From Octopus vulgaris (Eukaryota), in the NCBI GenBank assembly GCA_951406725.2, contig OX597816.1:160022001-160086000 (forward strand): 64,000 nt of DNA. Reading direction: 5' to 3'. This document shows positions 40,687 to 55,464 of the stretch, piece by piece. The number at the start of each line of letters is the position of its first letter. Within the stretch, counting starts at the first letter, position 1. Under the pieces are notes generated by a model. It was not told the origin of the DNA. It saw only the letters and a program-made list of their open reading frames with translations, and searched no databases. The position numbers and the translations under genes were made by a program.

Positions 40687-40807
40687 TATTAGAGAGTTGT
40701 CCACTATGTGGACAACTCTAGTGCTAAAATATATATATATATATATATATATACATACATATAAATATATATACATATGTATATATATAAAGATATATAT
40801 ATGTATG

Positions 40808-40898
<91 letters not shown>

Positions 40899-41285
40899 CA
40901 CACACACACATACACACAGAAGCACAACAATACGTGTTTGTTTTTGTAGGGCTGAATGGATGCGTTGCTGTCTGTATTCGTATATATGCATGTATTTTGT
41001 AGATATATAAGCTCATTGACGTGGATATGTTTACGTAGTTCGAAACCATAAGGCAATCATCCCTCTAAAACAGCATTTAATGAGATCAAAATGGCTTAAT
41101 GTTACGTTGAGCGGGAACAAAAATGTTAGTTCATAGACTTCAGTACAATCAAAACTGCTTCTGGTAACATTTAAATCTGCCCGTTTCATCTTTCATAACA
41201 CAGTAAGTGTCCTTGCACAAAACATTTCCCGATGTACATAATGGTCTGCAGATTGCTCTGCGTAATTCGTATTAAGACAGATAAA

Positions 41286-41407
<122 letters not shown>

Positions 41408-41412
41408 TCCCC

Positions 41413-41515
<103 letters not shown>

Positions 41516-42302
41516 AGGATAAAAGCGAGACGTATCTTCGACAAGAAACTTTCCTTCCTGCGAAAAGCAAATCAATTAAGATTCTGAGATCTTTTCGCAG
41601 AGGGGTAAAAAATGGTAAAAAAATGGTAAAAAAAACAGGACAGTAACGAGAGTACAAAAATATAAACAGTAAAAGACAGGACAGGGAAAAACAAGATAAG
41701 AAGGGCTGTTGACGCCGATTTCGGAATGGTCATTTATTTATTTATTGCTAAATAAACAGGCGCACTATATACTCGTTCTTCACTCGTTTATTACTGTACT
41801 TATTTTAACTCGTGTTCATTGTCCGGAAATCTTTTGTCACACACCAGTGACCTCTTCAATGACACTTTCCGTCCTCGTGTGTGCTCCTGCTCTGCTTAGT
41901 CCATTCTGAAATAAACGAGTGAAGAATGAATATATATAGTTCGTGTGTTTATTTGGCAATAAATAAATAAATAAATACAATAGGCGCAGGAGAAGGTGTG
42001 TGATAAGTAGCTTGCTTATCAACCACATGGTTTCGGGTTCAGTCCCACTGCGTGGCACCTTGGGTCTCTTCTACAATAGCCTCGGGCCGACCAAAGCCTT
42101 GTGAGTTGATTTGGTTGATGGAAACTGAAAGAAGCCGGTCGTATATATATATAGTAGATGGACAGCCGATAACTGATGAAGGGTCATTCTTCATGTTACT
42201 TGTCCTGTTTTTCATTTGTTTCTTTCGTTGTTTGCGTATCAACTCATTTGTTTTTGTATTTCATGTTGTTTACGGCCTGTGGCGTCCTGTACCCATATAT
42301 GC

Positions 42303-42415
<113 letters not shown>

Positions 42416-42702
42416 TATGATGTTCTCCCATCATCGCTTGACAACCGGCTCGGCAAAAGAGACCGATAGAATAAGTACTAGGCTTACAAAGAATAAGTCA
42501 TGGGGTCGATTTGTTCGACTAAAGGCGGTGCTCCAGCATGGCCGCAGTCAATGACTGAAACAAATAAAAGAATAAAAGAATAAAAGAGAGATTATAAATA
42601 CACATGCGCGCACACGTACACGCACGAACACAGACACACACGCACAGACACACACACACACACGCGGACGCACACATTAATGCATTAATAATTGTTGATT
42701 CT

Positions 42703-43100
42703 AAGGCGGCAAGCTGGCAGAAACGTTAGCACGCCGGCCGAAATGCTCAGGGGTATTCCGTCTGCCGCTACGTTCTGAGTTCAAATTCCGCCGAGGTCGA
42801 CTATGTCTTTCATCCTTTCGGGGTCGATTAAATAAGTACCAGTTACGCACTGGGTCGATATAATTGACTTAATCCGTTTGTCTGTCCTTGTTTGTCCTCT
42901 CTGTGTTTAGCCCCTTGCGGGTAGTAAAGAAATAGGTATTTCGTCTGCCGTTACGTTGTGAGTTCAAATTCCGACGAGGTTGACTTTGCCTTCCATCCTT
43001 TCGGGGTTGATTAAATAAGTACCAGTTGCATACTGGGGACGATCTAATCGACTGGCCCCCTCTCTCAAAATTTCGGGCATTGTACCTTGAGTTGAAAAGA
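42703..43100 (+). mobile_element. SINE family B dimer
   Basis: Family motifs repeated twice. Confidence 0.9.
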
Positions 43101-43980
43101 ATAATTGTTGCTTCTATATAAAAAAAGTAATGTCGAACAATTATTTCTAAAAGATCTTTCGTTAGATTTACATCCTCCTACTTCTATGTTCATTTACGGG
43201 TAATATTTAAGTTTACATCAATCTGTATATCTGGCCAGTAAACGGTTTATATAGCCAACGCAGAAGATATACAGGAAGACATGATGAAGCTCATTCAGAT
43301 AAGATGTCAATTCACAGGAGAAAGAAATGAAGTGTGTTAGTTTAAATATATCTATAAATGATGTTTATAAACAGAAGAATGTCAAAAAATGATTCATTGG
43401 AACAGATAATGGCTAAGAATAAACAAGACCGTGCGCTAACGAGGCGGAGATCAGTTTGAATCAAGTCAATAATCCGCCGATAAATGTATGCCACTCTTTC
43501 TTTTGTACTTAGAACCTGAACATTTTCTTATTCTCAAGGGGCGATGGCAGACAATGTAAAAACAGCCAGTGTTCTTCCGGTATTTAGTTTATCACATCCC
43601 TGCTGTGAGTTCGTATCTTTCCGAGATCGACTTCGTGTTTTATTTCATTCAGGTGAATAGTATGCTGGTGATAAAACAAAAGGCGTAACTTTCCTATTTT
43701 AATTAACCTCGTGCCCGGTTAAAAGAAATCCCTGATTACATTGTTTTAATGAGTATTTTACCTTTTTTTTCCTGTTAATTAAGCAAATGTTCACAGGCGT
43801 GGCTGCGTGTTAGATTTGATTCTCAACTACATGGTTCCAGGTTCAGTATCACTGCGTGAAACCCTGGGCAGGTGTACTATATCCTCGGCCACCTCAGAAA
43901 TGGTAAAAGGGCCACCTCATAAATGGTAAAAGGTTTACGGCACAAAAGAAATCACTTTAAACTTGCTAAAATAATATTCG

Positions 43981-44275
43981 GGATGCCTTTATCTCTACTT
44001 GGTATAGATGCAGATGTGTTACCAAAGATGAATTTTGAAGATCTGATCAAAGACTTTACAATTCAAAAAAGTAGGAGGAAACTTTTCAAATATAAATAAA
44101 GTGGAAGTATACAAAAATAAACATTCTTTTTCCCTCTTACAGTTTTGTTTCATTTTGAAAAATAAAAATTTATTTTATGGTTTCTTATTGTTTGTATTTT
44201 GAATTACATAATCTTTTATGGAGGCACCAAAATCTTTAAGTGCTTAGGGCCTCGATGGGTCTTAATCCGGCCTTG
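43981..44275 (+). mobile_element. hAT (Tip100-like) transposase C-terminal fragment with right TIR
   Basis: DALSLLGIDADVLPKMNFEDLIKDFTIQKSRRKLF resembles the end of the hAT dimerisation region; terminus TTAATCCGGCCTTG. Confidence 0.8.
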
Positions 44276-45029
44276 CACGTGGTTGTAAACCGGAATAATG
44301 AATGGGTAATATATGGCTACTTATTCATCTTGAACCGAGTGTGATAGAATTTCTATTTTGACCTTTCATGCTTCACTTTATTACTAAGTTTTCGTCATTA
44401 CATCACATTGTTCTCTCGTCTCTTCCTCCCTACCATTATTCAACAACCTCTTCAGTTCCTGGAGTGACGTCATTTACTCTCCTTATTTATAAGTTTTTGT
44501 GTTTTAGGTCGGATTAAGAAACTTTGTTTAAATTGTTCAGAATTGGTGTTGGCCGTCCCCAGTTTTTAGTATTCAATGCAATCATATCGAGCTAACGCCA
44601 CCCTCATCACCATCATGTATTTATAAAAACGCTTCAGTTTTACACCAGAAAAAAACCCGAAGTTTCCACACTTGACTCTTTGTCTCTATGTTTCTATCTT
44701 ATCAATAGTTGAACAGAAGATGTTCTGATGTTTCTACGTTTATAATCGGCATTTGAACCTGTGTTGCATGTAGAAAGGCTACACTTCTATTACGGCCCTC
44801 GCCACATCATTAGTAGCCTGTGCTCCAGCTACTTATTGTAAACTAATAAGGAGATATTGGTTTGTAAGCTTTCAAAAATGATTTTAAGAGTTTTCTTGTA
44901 TACCGAGATCGCGAAAGGTCACTCTTTAAAATAACACTATTTTATGCCAATTGAAAGAGGGCGCGTAACTTAGTGAATGGGATCACGATCATTAGGTTGT
45001 TGATTCGATTTTGGGGCTGGACGAGCATT

Positions 45030-45505
45030 ATGACCTCCAGTAATATCTGCAACATAAAATGGCAAGAAAAGATATCTAATGTCAAAATCTTTGAAAAATG
45101 TGATAACTTCAGTATCCAAAGTATGCTGATGAGAATTCAGTGCAGATGGGTAGGACATGTTGTTCGAATGAAAAATGACCTCATTCTGAAAATTCTTCTC
45201 TATGACCAACAAGTGGAGTATGAACAACAAGCGGCAAAGGAAGACTGGTCCTTTGGTATATGTTGAGCAATCGCTAAAATCTCTTTGACATCTTGGGAAA
45301 GTCATCGATCTGCATGACGTAAAATGTGTCACGATGCATCGAAACAATTTGAGTTGAAGAAAAATAACAATAGAAGAACTATATCTAGCAACCAACAGAC
45401 TCATTTGCCCAATACCAGGCAAAAATCAAAATCATCTATGTCCCCATTGCGACTTCATAGCAAAATCCATACTTGGACTGAAATTACATTCACGTATCCA
45501 TCATA
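45030..45505 (+). mobile_element. RTE-clade LINE 3' fragment
   Basis: ICNIKWQEKISNVKIFEK...SIQSMLMRIQCRWVGHVVRM...LKILLY. Confidence 0.85.
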
Positions 45506-46884
45506 AGTGTCTTAGTGTCTTTTTTTTTGTTTTCTTTCTATTACTCCCTTTAATCTTAAGTCTTCTCCTTCAAACACTTATATGTCGAAACCGACGGGGG
45601 CGACCATCATTAAGACATTATTACTTCCAAAACAATTTTATGTCGCCTGAAATAGCACTGACAACCGGTATCTTAAAATCTTGTGAATCGACATTTTTCA
45701 TCTTGTTCTTGTAGCTGCTATTTTTTTTTTGCTCCCACTTGTGACCCAATAGAGTAGTTCTAAAAAGAATTTTATATAGAGAAAAAAAAAACTGTTTTAA
45801 AACTTACCAGGAAAAAAAATCGCTGACGGAAATAAATACTTTTATATAAACAAACCAAGATCAATATCTTCATGAAATTCGTCTTCACATTCGTTCTTTT
45901 CTCCCCTCTTTTTTTTTCTAATGAGGTAAAAGTAGTTTCAGTATGAGCAAATGATGTTGTTGTAGTTGTTGTTATAGTTGTTATTTAGTTCTAGATCAAC
46001 TACATGAACAATGAGAAGCTGTTTCTTACAGTGTCAGAAATTAGGAACTTAAGACAGGGTTCACTGTTCCTTATAGACGGAACAGCTGTAAGTAAATGAA
46101 GGCGATTATGTAACTCCTGTTCTTCTGTCATTATTTATGTGTGTGTGTGTGTGTGTACAACATGAAGTGGAAGGGAAAAGCCTCACGAAGCCAGTGTTTC
46201 TTAAAGTCTGTAGATAATGAATGATGGGTTACTTCGTCATTCCTCCTTTCAGAATCGTTATGATAAAGTACCATCCGACTTTCTCTCTTCTTTCAGAAGA
46301 AATCGGCTGCAGGCAAAGCTGCGGTGGTATATGAGCTCCACCAGCTCTAAAAAGGCCGAATACACACCGTAAATCACAACGACATCCCACGTCAAGGAAT
46401 CGAGAGCCCAAGACAAAACAAGGCGAACCAAAGGATGAGTACTTTCATAAATTTCTCTATTAAATTCAAATCCAGCTGCGGGTTTAGATAAAGCCATGAT
46501 GGCTTGTTTCAAATAGACTACAAAAAGACAAACGTAATCTTCAATAGTATTGAATAACCTAGAAATGTATGGGAGTGAGTTAGAAAGCCATAGTGACGTC
46601 CATATGGTTCTGTAACCCAATGAGGGAGTTGCTACATGATTGCTCGACCTGCTACAAATATCATCTAAATATACCTAAGACTATATTCTGCTAGCTTAGA
46701 ATAGGCGCAGAAGTGGCCGTGTGGTTAAGAAGCTTGCTTCCCATTCTACATTGCTAGAAATAAGAACTAAACCCTTCTAATGCTGTAGCCAAACCACTCT
46801 ACAGAATTAGAGCAGTTTAGCTCTTATTTCTAGCAGTGTAGGTGTTTCTTGACACCCTAGTCACATTTAGTGATGCATTGAGAA

Positions 46885-47150
46885 CCACTTCCCATCGCCA
46901 ACCGGTGGCTATCACACGCTGATGACGGGTCAATACGCAGAAACACGGGTTCGTGTGTATCACGCCAGGCTGGAGATGGGAACGATGACTTCCCTTTGCA
47001 AATACTGATAGGGTACAGAAAGTGTGTCAATAGCCAGCTAGAGGAGATGTCTTCCTGGGGCTACAAGCTACAGTAGCATCGACCCTTAAGGGTTAGCCAC
47101 ACCTAGGTGGCAAATATACTTCACGATGTCGTGCAGCTGCTGTTTATACT
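46885..47150 (+). mobile_element. Short repeat carrying a minimal hammerhead motif; sister copy (-) at 60098-60335
   Basis: Two homologous copies; CACACG-CTGATGA-C-GGGT-CAAT-ACGC-A-GAAA-CACGGG-TT-CGTGTG at 46913-46957. Confidence 0.75.
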
Positions 47151-47160
47151 TCGCTCAGAG

Positions 47161-47220
<60 letters not shown>

Positions 47221-47505
47221 GGGACCCCCTTCGGTAATGAATGACCATAGGATTACACCTAGAAAATTATCCTTTGCGGCACAAGTTCGGGCAAGGCTGT
47301 TTATGGAAGACTAGCAGTCGCGCCCATGCTTACCAGCCTCTCCTCTCCATGTCACCGATGTTATCCTAGGGAAAGGCAAAGACTAATACAAATTCGCACC
47401 ATTGACGTCGCAACTCATTTCTACATCCGAGTGGACTTGAGCAACATTAAATGGAGTGCCTTGCTCAAGAGCACAGCAGACAACCCGGGAATCGAACTCA
47501 CTAAG

Positions 47506-47539
<34 letters not shown>

Positions 47540-47757
47540 TGATGTTGTGTTTGTCTCCGCCACTTAACTACCGGTGTCGGTTTGTTTTCGTCCCCATAAC
47601 CTAGCAGTTTGGTAAAAGAGAATGACGGAATAAATACCCTACTTGAATAATAATAAAAAATACTAGGGTCAGTTTGTTCGACTAAACGCTTCAAGGCGGT
47701 GCCCCAACATGGCCGCAGTCCAATGGCTGAAACAAAAGTTTAAAAAAGATATACATA

Positions 47758-48158
47758 GGCGTAGGAGTGGCTTGTGGTAAGTAGCTTGCTTACCAACCAC
47801 ATGTTCATGGGTTCAGTCCCACTGCGTAGCACCTTTGGCAAGTGTCTTCTACTATAGCCTCGGGCCGACCAAAGCCTTGTGAATGGATTTGGTAGACGGA
47901 AACTGGAAGAAGCCCGTCGTATATATGTATATGTGTATGTGTGTATATGTTTGTGTGTCCGTGTTTGTCCCCCCCTCCTCCAACATCGCTTGACAACCGA
48001 TGTTGGTGTGTTTACGTCCCCGTAACTTAGCGGTTCGGCAAAAGAGACCGATAGAATAAGTACTAGGCTTACACAGAATAAACTCTGGGGTCGATTTGTT
48101 CGACTAAAGGCGGTGCTCCAGCATGGCTGCAGTCCAATGATTGAAACAAGTAAAAGAG
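47758..48158 (+). mobile_element. Near full-length SINE family A
   Basis: Complete head, body and tail; other copies at about 19204, 20840(-), 26085(-), 30755, 35965, 41982, 56825, 57610(-) and 60890(-). Confidence 0.93.
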
Positions 48159-48459
48159 AGATAAAAAAAAAAAAGAGTGCTGCCTCAAAAAAAAAAAAAA
48201 AAGATGGGCCTGTCATAGCTAGAATATCTTCGATCATAGGTTTGTTGGATCAAGTCTGGCTCTGGGAATTGGATAACAATGTTTTCGTAATAACCCCCGT
48301 TGTGAACATTTGTTTTCTAACCGAAGTTGACCCTACCAAAATCGAGTTCAGTAAAAGAAACACCCACAACAGCTGGATGGCACAGAATATATTATGTTCG
48401 TTGATAAACATCGACTGTATTTCAAATGCTGGCACAAAACACTTTTCTGGTTACGTATA

Positions 48460-48480
48460 TGGTAGTAGTAGTAGTAGTAA

Positions 48481-48518
<38 letters not shown>

Positions 48519-48866
48519 ATAGTATTTGGAGGAGGAGGAGGAAGGTAGTAGTAATAGTTGTAGTAGTGGAGGGTAGCAATACTTGTGGTAGTGGTGATGG
48601 TTGTAGTAGTAGTAGTAGTGGTGGTGGTGGTGGTGGTGGTGGTGGCGGTGGTAGTGATGGAAGGTGTTGGTTGTAATGTTTGTGGTGATAGTGGTAGTGG
48701 TGTGGTGGTAGACGCGGCGGTGGCGGTGGTAGTAGTAGTGGAGGTAGTAGTTGAGGTGGTGGTAGTTGTGAGGGAAGCTGTAGTGGACGTATGGTAATGA
48801 TTGCTCTAATAGCAGAAAAAGTGGTGCTCATGGTGATGGTAATAGCAGTAGTAGCAGAAGTACTGT

Positions 48867-48912
<46 letters not shown>

Positions 48913-48985
48913 GGTGGTGGTGGTGGTGGTGGTGGTGGCAGTAATGGTAGTAGTAGTAGTAGCATCATATGATAATGCTGGTGGC
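48460..48985. repeat. (GTA/GTG)n low-complexity tract
   Basis: Seen directly. Confidence 0.95.
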
Positions 48986-49358
48986 GCATGTATAACAAAT
49001 TTTTCTATCATTGGCACAAGGCCCTAAATTTTGGAGGTAAGGGGTAGTCGATTACATCAGCCCCAGTGCTCAACTGGTACTTATTTCATCGACCCCGTAA
49101 GGATGAGAGTAATATTGTCGGCAAATAATGTAACAACGTGTGAGCGTAATAACATCGGGATAAGTAACAGAGTAATAATAACGTATTTGTTTGTGTGTGC
49201 ACATATGTGTGTAAAAGGTTGTGTATAAAATTTGAAATTATTGAGTGTATAAGCGAGATAGATACGCACACATGAACACATATGCATACGTATTCATGCA
49301 CGGATATACAATCATTATATGTGAAGGGAAACAAGTCGAGTGTGAGTGCGGGAACGTA

Positions 49359-49414
<56 letters not shown>

Positions 49415-49566
49415 CATTTATGTGGGTCTGCAAGTGCTTCATTAAATGATTGGAATAAGAGTGTACGTGAAAGACTGAGACAAACATACATACGTCAAAA
49501 GAAACACATCATATGTGTATGTGTGTATGCGCATGTGTGTATAAACAAATAAATACATGCATACAA

Positions 49567-49601
<35 letters not shown>

Positions 49602-50024
49602 TATATATATTTCTTATATCTGTGGATTAAAAATGCTACCAATGGTTTCATGTATAAAATATCCACAATTGTTCAAGTATTCCAGTTCAAGATGCCTTGT
49701 ATAATTTTCGGTAATCTCACATAGTCCAATCCAAAATGGGAGCAACTATCAACATCCTATACTGGAATGCTTGAGCAATTGTGAATTCGTTTTGCAAATG
49801 AAACCATTTGTAGAGTTGTTAATCTACAAGTAAGGAATATTTTCCCACTGAATGCTCAGCTTGGGCTTTCATTCTCATGTTTGATACTATCGGTTTGGTC
49901 TGAGCCAATTCTTCTTATGAATCACTGCTCCAGTCCTAAATTGGTTAGAGGAACACGTCTCTTATGGAAAATGGTTGGCGATAGCAACATGCCCTTTCCA
50001 ATATCGTTTGCTAGAGACTAAACT

Positions 50025-50058
<34 letters not shown>

Positions 50059-51252
50059 TGAGGGTATAATCATTAAAATAATTATATCAGTGGCTAGCGT
50101 ATAAAATGATCATATCGGTAAAATTAATTTTTAAATATATAATTATAAAACATAATTATAATTAAGGGCGCTGGAATGCCAGCTCCTATACGCTAGAAGT
50201 AGATGTCATACATACATATATATTTCTTCTGTATTTTCTTCTATATGTTTCAGCCCAAGGGCTGTGGCCATGCTGGAGCACCACCAATGTGATAACCTAA
50301 TTCTGTGGCCATACTTATTGGCTTTTGGTGAAGGGGGTAGTTGACAAAGATTTATGTACATACGTACAATCATACATAAATGCACATACATACATAAATG
50401 TACGTACATACATCCAAAAATTTAAATATATATATATATATAAGTAAAGGCTATTTGCCAACATCAAGTGGGTGTCCTTGAAGGGACGATTGTTTGGCCC
50501 CAGGAAACATTGTGTCCAGCTGGCTATACGACCCAATATCTGTGTCCTTTCCACACAAACACACACACACACACACACACACACAAAACACACACGTATA
50601 TATATGTGTACATATATACTGTATACATTCTCATACACAAGCACACATATTCAAGTGCACAGAGACAAGCACACAAACACACACACGCAAACACAAAGAG
50701 AAATGCTTACAGATATACATACACACGCGTATATATAAGAAAAAGAGACGGAGAGACGGAGTAAGAATGAGAGAATAAGAGAGAGAGAAAGAGAGAAAGA
50801 GAAAGAGAGATAAAGTGAGAGAGAGAGAAAGAGAGAGAGAGAAAGAGAGAGAGAGAAAGAGAGAGAGAGAGATAAAGAGAGAGAGAGAGAGACATTTCAT
50901 CAATCAGTTTAGAAGTTTCATAATTTTTTAATCTAAAAGTATTAAAGTGGATGTGTTGGTGATGGTGGTGAGAGGTAAATTCTTGTTCATTTTAGGTTTA
51001 GTATTAAAATGGATGTTTTATGGGGTTCATAGGTTCAAATATTGTCGACATATGCTTACCATATGGTATAAAGTGGTAATTTATGGCGATTTTATATGCG
51101 CACTCACGCAGGGATTTATGCGCGCGCGTATGTGTGTGTGTGTGTGTGTGTAATGGTAAGTAGATACATTTAAATTATATCTATAAAATGTTAAATCCTC
51201 TTATATACCCCTTTGCATGAATGTATTTGTGTTTATACTTATGTGTGTGTGA

Positions 51253-51326
<74 letters not shown>

Positions 51327-51360
51327 ATTTATATATACACCTACATATAAATAGTATAGG

Positions 51361-51406
51361 CATCTCCGATGAGACCTCAATAAGGGACGAAAATCGATTA
51401 AGGATG
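51361..51406 (+). ncRNA. Minimal type I hammerhead-like motif (CCGATGA core)
   Basis: CATCT-CCGATGA-GACCTC-AATAA-GGGAC-GAAA-ATCGAT-TA-AGGATG; palindromic stem III AATCGATT; imperfect stem II; activity unknown. Confidence 0.6.
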
Positions 51407-51447
51407 TTCATATTCTTTCAGTCAGAGAAATAGGTAGAATTGGCATG

Positions 51448-51609
<162 letters not shown>

Positions 51610-51860
51610 ACAGTATATCAAATATCTAACTCAATAGCCGCCATCAGCACGACAGTTGTCCAGCTTTATCTCTGTCAGTCAAGGGACTCATACCAGAAGA
51701 ATAGAACACATTTATGACCAGTGTAATTCGCATAATTTAAACAAAAGAAGCTACTATTGTCACTACAACTGTTACGACCTCTACTACCACTACTAACACA
51801 ACTACTGCGTAAGCTGCTACTCCTGGCCCTACTAACGAAATTAATGCAGCCATAACAATA

Positions 51861-51922
<62 letters not shown>

Positions 51923-52911
51923 AGCAGCCACCAGAAGGTCCCCGACTGCCAGTACCTTTTACTTCTGGATTGAGATGGTGAAAGATTAATTCGATTTACT
52001 TCAGTTTATTTTCCCTTCTTTTAAGCATGACTGAATCGTTTGATAAACGGATTGAAACCGGTAGCATACTTTGTTAAAAATGTAAATATTTTCGAAGCAT
52101 TTTATTCATTTTGTTTTCTGATATACATTTACTCCTGTGAAAATTCTTAACCTTTTAAGTGTGTGTATGGGTATGTGTGTGTATTTGTGTGTGTGTGTGT
52201 ATGTGCGAGAGAGAGAGAGAGAGAGAGAGAGAGCATGCAAGGACCCATCATCAGCATTAGCAGAGACCCCCGTGAATCAAGTTAATGATTTCAAGAATTT
52301 CGGTTCTGAGATAGTCTCAACTGAAAAGGATGTAAAAACTCAGACAGCCCGAGCATAGTCGACACAAAACAAACTGGATATTGTCTGCTTACCAACCACA
52401 TGGTTCCTGGTTCAGTCCCACTGCGTGGCACCTTGGGCAAGTAACTTCTACTATAGCCTCGGGCCGACCAAAGCCTTGTGAGTGAATTTGGTAGACAGAA
52501 ACTGAAAGAAGCTCTTCGTGTATATAGATATATATCATAATGTAACCGCAGTAAAGTATATTGCAGAGTGCAAACTTGATCTCATATAGACCTCAGTAGC
52601 TGAGTAAACAGTCCAAGCAATGCATTGAGTAAACGTTTAACATTTTATATAATAAACACATGCACGCACGTCTGCATAGATATATATATGTATATATATG
52701 TGTGTATGTTAATGGACGTGCATATAATTGGTTGGTTGTTTATAAGTTGTATATATGTATACGCAGACGTATGTATCTGTCTGTCTGTATGTATGTATGT
52801 ATGTATGTATGTATGTATGTATGTATGTATGTATGTATGTATGTATGTATGTATGTATGTATGTATGTATGTATGTATGTATGTATGTATGTATGTATGC
52901 ATGTATGTATG

Positions 52912-52981
<70 letters not shown>

Positions 52982-52994
52982 ATATAAATGTATG

Positions 52995-53076
<82 letters not shown>

Positions 53077-53089
53077 ATATAAATGTATG

Positions 53090-53151
<62 letters not shown>

Positions 53152-53174
53152 AGAACAAATTGTACGTACGCCGC

Positions 53175-53248
<74 letters not shown>

Positions 53249-53966
53249 GGTATGTAGAAAAATACAACATGGACAAGAACGTATAACTCTTAGAAGACGA
53301 CACAATAAACACGGACAGGACATTCGAAACCCTCAGTCTTCAGTCAAGAACCGGATCATCGTAGTAATTTCGGCTGATTAATCTTGAGATTACTAGATCA
53401 CGGCCAGCCCTCCAAGAAACACCAAGCAACGAGCATTAGAAAAACTAAGCTGGAAGCGTAGATTTCCTGGAAGAAGGATCGAATGCATACGAACACCAGG
53501 ACAGCAAAAGGGACAGATATAAAAAAACAAAAAACAATAATGGAATACAGAAACATGAAATACAGAAGCATTAACGGTGAAATATATATATAAATGTATA
53601 TATATATATACACACACATGATGTGTGGAAGAGAGGAAGCGGAAGAAAATCTGCGATGGCATGTTGTTAGCAAACTGATTTATAGCTAAGTTTATAAAAA
53701 AGTAAATATTACGGTTGAACCGCATATTTTCTACTTTATGATCAGAAGAATATGGAAGCAACCTTTGGTAAAGTGTTGAAAAACATTGAAATTAGTCAGT
53801 TGATCTTCTTTCTCTGGTCACAGGAGGAAAACATGTGGTTAACCTCACTGTCAACTTCATACATAAGAACCAGAAAATGTCTGTATTTATAAATACCCGC
53901 CTCCATACCTACCTTACATCATTGTCTATTAACATACATACATATATACATACATATATACATACA

Positions 53967-53997
<31 letters not shown>

Positions 53998-54069
53998 GCG
54001 TGTGTATACATATAGGTATGTAATGCACATCTCTCTCTCTATATATATATGTACATATATATATATATG

Positions 54070-54152
<83 letters not shown>

Positions 54153-54396
54153 TCAAAAATTGTGAAGCATGACTGTCAACACTACTACATGAACCCGAAG
54201 ATTGCAGAATTCAATGCATGAAAGTACTAGTTCAATCAGAATGAATATTTAACATTCTACTATTTCATTTTATTTTACTCAATTATAATATATTATCTTA
54301 TAATATATCATTATAAGATTGTAAATAAAACGTGAAAATCAGACAAGGTTGGAATTCTTTTTATTAATATATTCTTCTATACACAATCACACACAC

Positions 54397-54450
<54 letters not shown>

Positions 54451-54454
<4 letters not shown>

Positions 54455-54535
54455 GAGACGGTGTGAGAGGATGGTTAAGTAATAGTTAGTTTAGATAGGC
54501 TACTAAATAGAGAGTGAGGTGGAGAAGGGAAATAG

Positions 54536-54567
<32 letters not shown>

Positions 54568-54705
54568 TTCCTTCCTCCACCTCACTCTCTATTTAGTAGC
54601 CTATCTAAACTAACTATTACTTAACCATCCTCTCACACCGTCTCCGATCAAAGGATATAATTAATGAATATCCTGAAAACAGCTGTAAGACCTCCTCTCA
54701 ATTCA
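54451..54705. mobile_element. Penelope-like fold-back insert with ~82-bp near-perfect arms and a hammerhead-like motif
   Basis: Arms 54451-54532 / 54567-54648 around (TA)n; TCT-CCGATCA-A-AGGATAT...ATATCCT-GAAA-ACAGCTG-TA-AGA at 54641-54690. Confidence 0.75.
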
Positions 54706-54726
54706 TATAACGTATACATACATACA

Positions 54727-55290
54727 TAGGTTTATACCTGTAATTATTGGTGCCCTGGGATATGTAACACACTGCCTAAATACCAATCTTGAGAAATTAG
54801 GCTTCTCAAAACCAGATGGAAGAAAGCTAATTCGAAGGTTGGAACCGTAAAAATCTGTGAAACTTTTCAGAAGTTTATCATTTAAATATATATGTATATG
54901 CGCATGTTTAGATATGCAACTATATGCATGCGAAGGCATACGTAAACCATACATACATACATACATACATACATACATACATACATACATACATACATAC
55001 ATACATACATACATACAAACAAACAAGCAAAAATACCTTGTTGTTGATATTGAAATTCCAAGACAGGAGCCTTGGTTCTAGGTTAGAAACTGGTTCTTTC
55101 TCTATTGGTAAGAAATTTTGAGATATACTGAATAATGACATCCATCCATCCATACATACATACATACATACATACATACAAAATACCCTGTTGTTGATAT
55201 TGGAATTTCAATGAAGGGGGCTTAGATCTAGGTTAGAAACCGACTCTTTCTTTATTGGCAAGAAATCTTGAAATAAAACTGAACAATGAC
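54727..55290 (+). mobile_element. RLE-type LINE 3' end with a tandemly duplicated 3' segment and (ATAC)n tracts
   Basis: RFIPVIIGALGYVTHCLNTNLEKLGF...GTVKICETFQKF; a ~110-bp unit repeated at 55030 and 55180. Confidence 0.75.
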
Positions 55291-55464
55291 ATACATACGT
55301 ACGAACTACGTACGTTTGTGTGTGTATGTGTGTGTGTGTGTGCAAAGGAACGTGTACGTGTGTGCAAAGGGACGTGTGTGCGTGTGTGTGTGTGTGCAAA
55401 GAGACGTGATCTTCCTCATACCCAACAACACCATCGTCACAAAAACTATTCTTGTCAACATAGA

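Noticed and set aside
42172-42200. CTGATGAAGGG as a hammerhead
   Set aside because: No paired stem II followed by GAAA; a remnant at best. The same applies to CTGACGA near 31305 and 39328.
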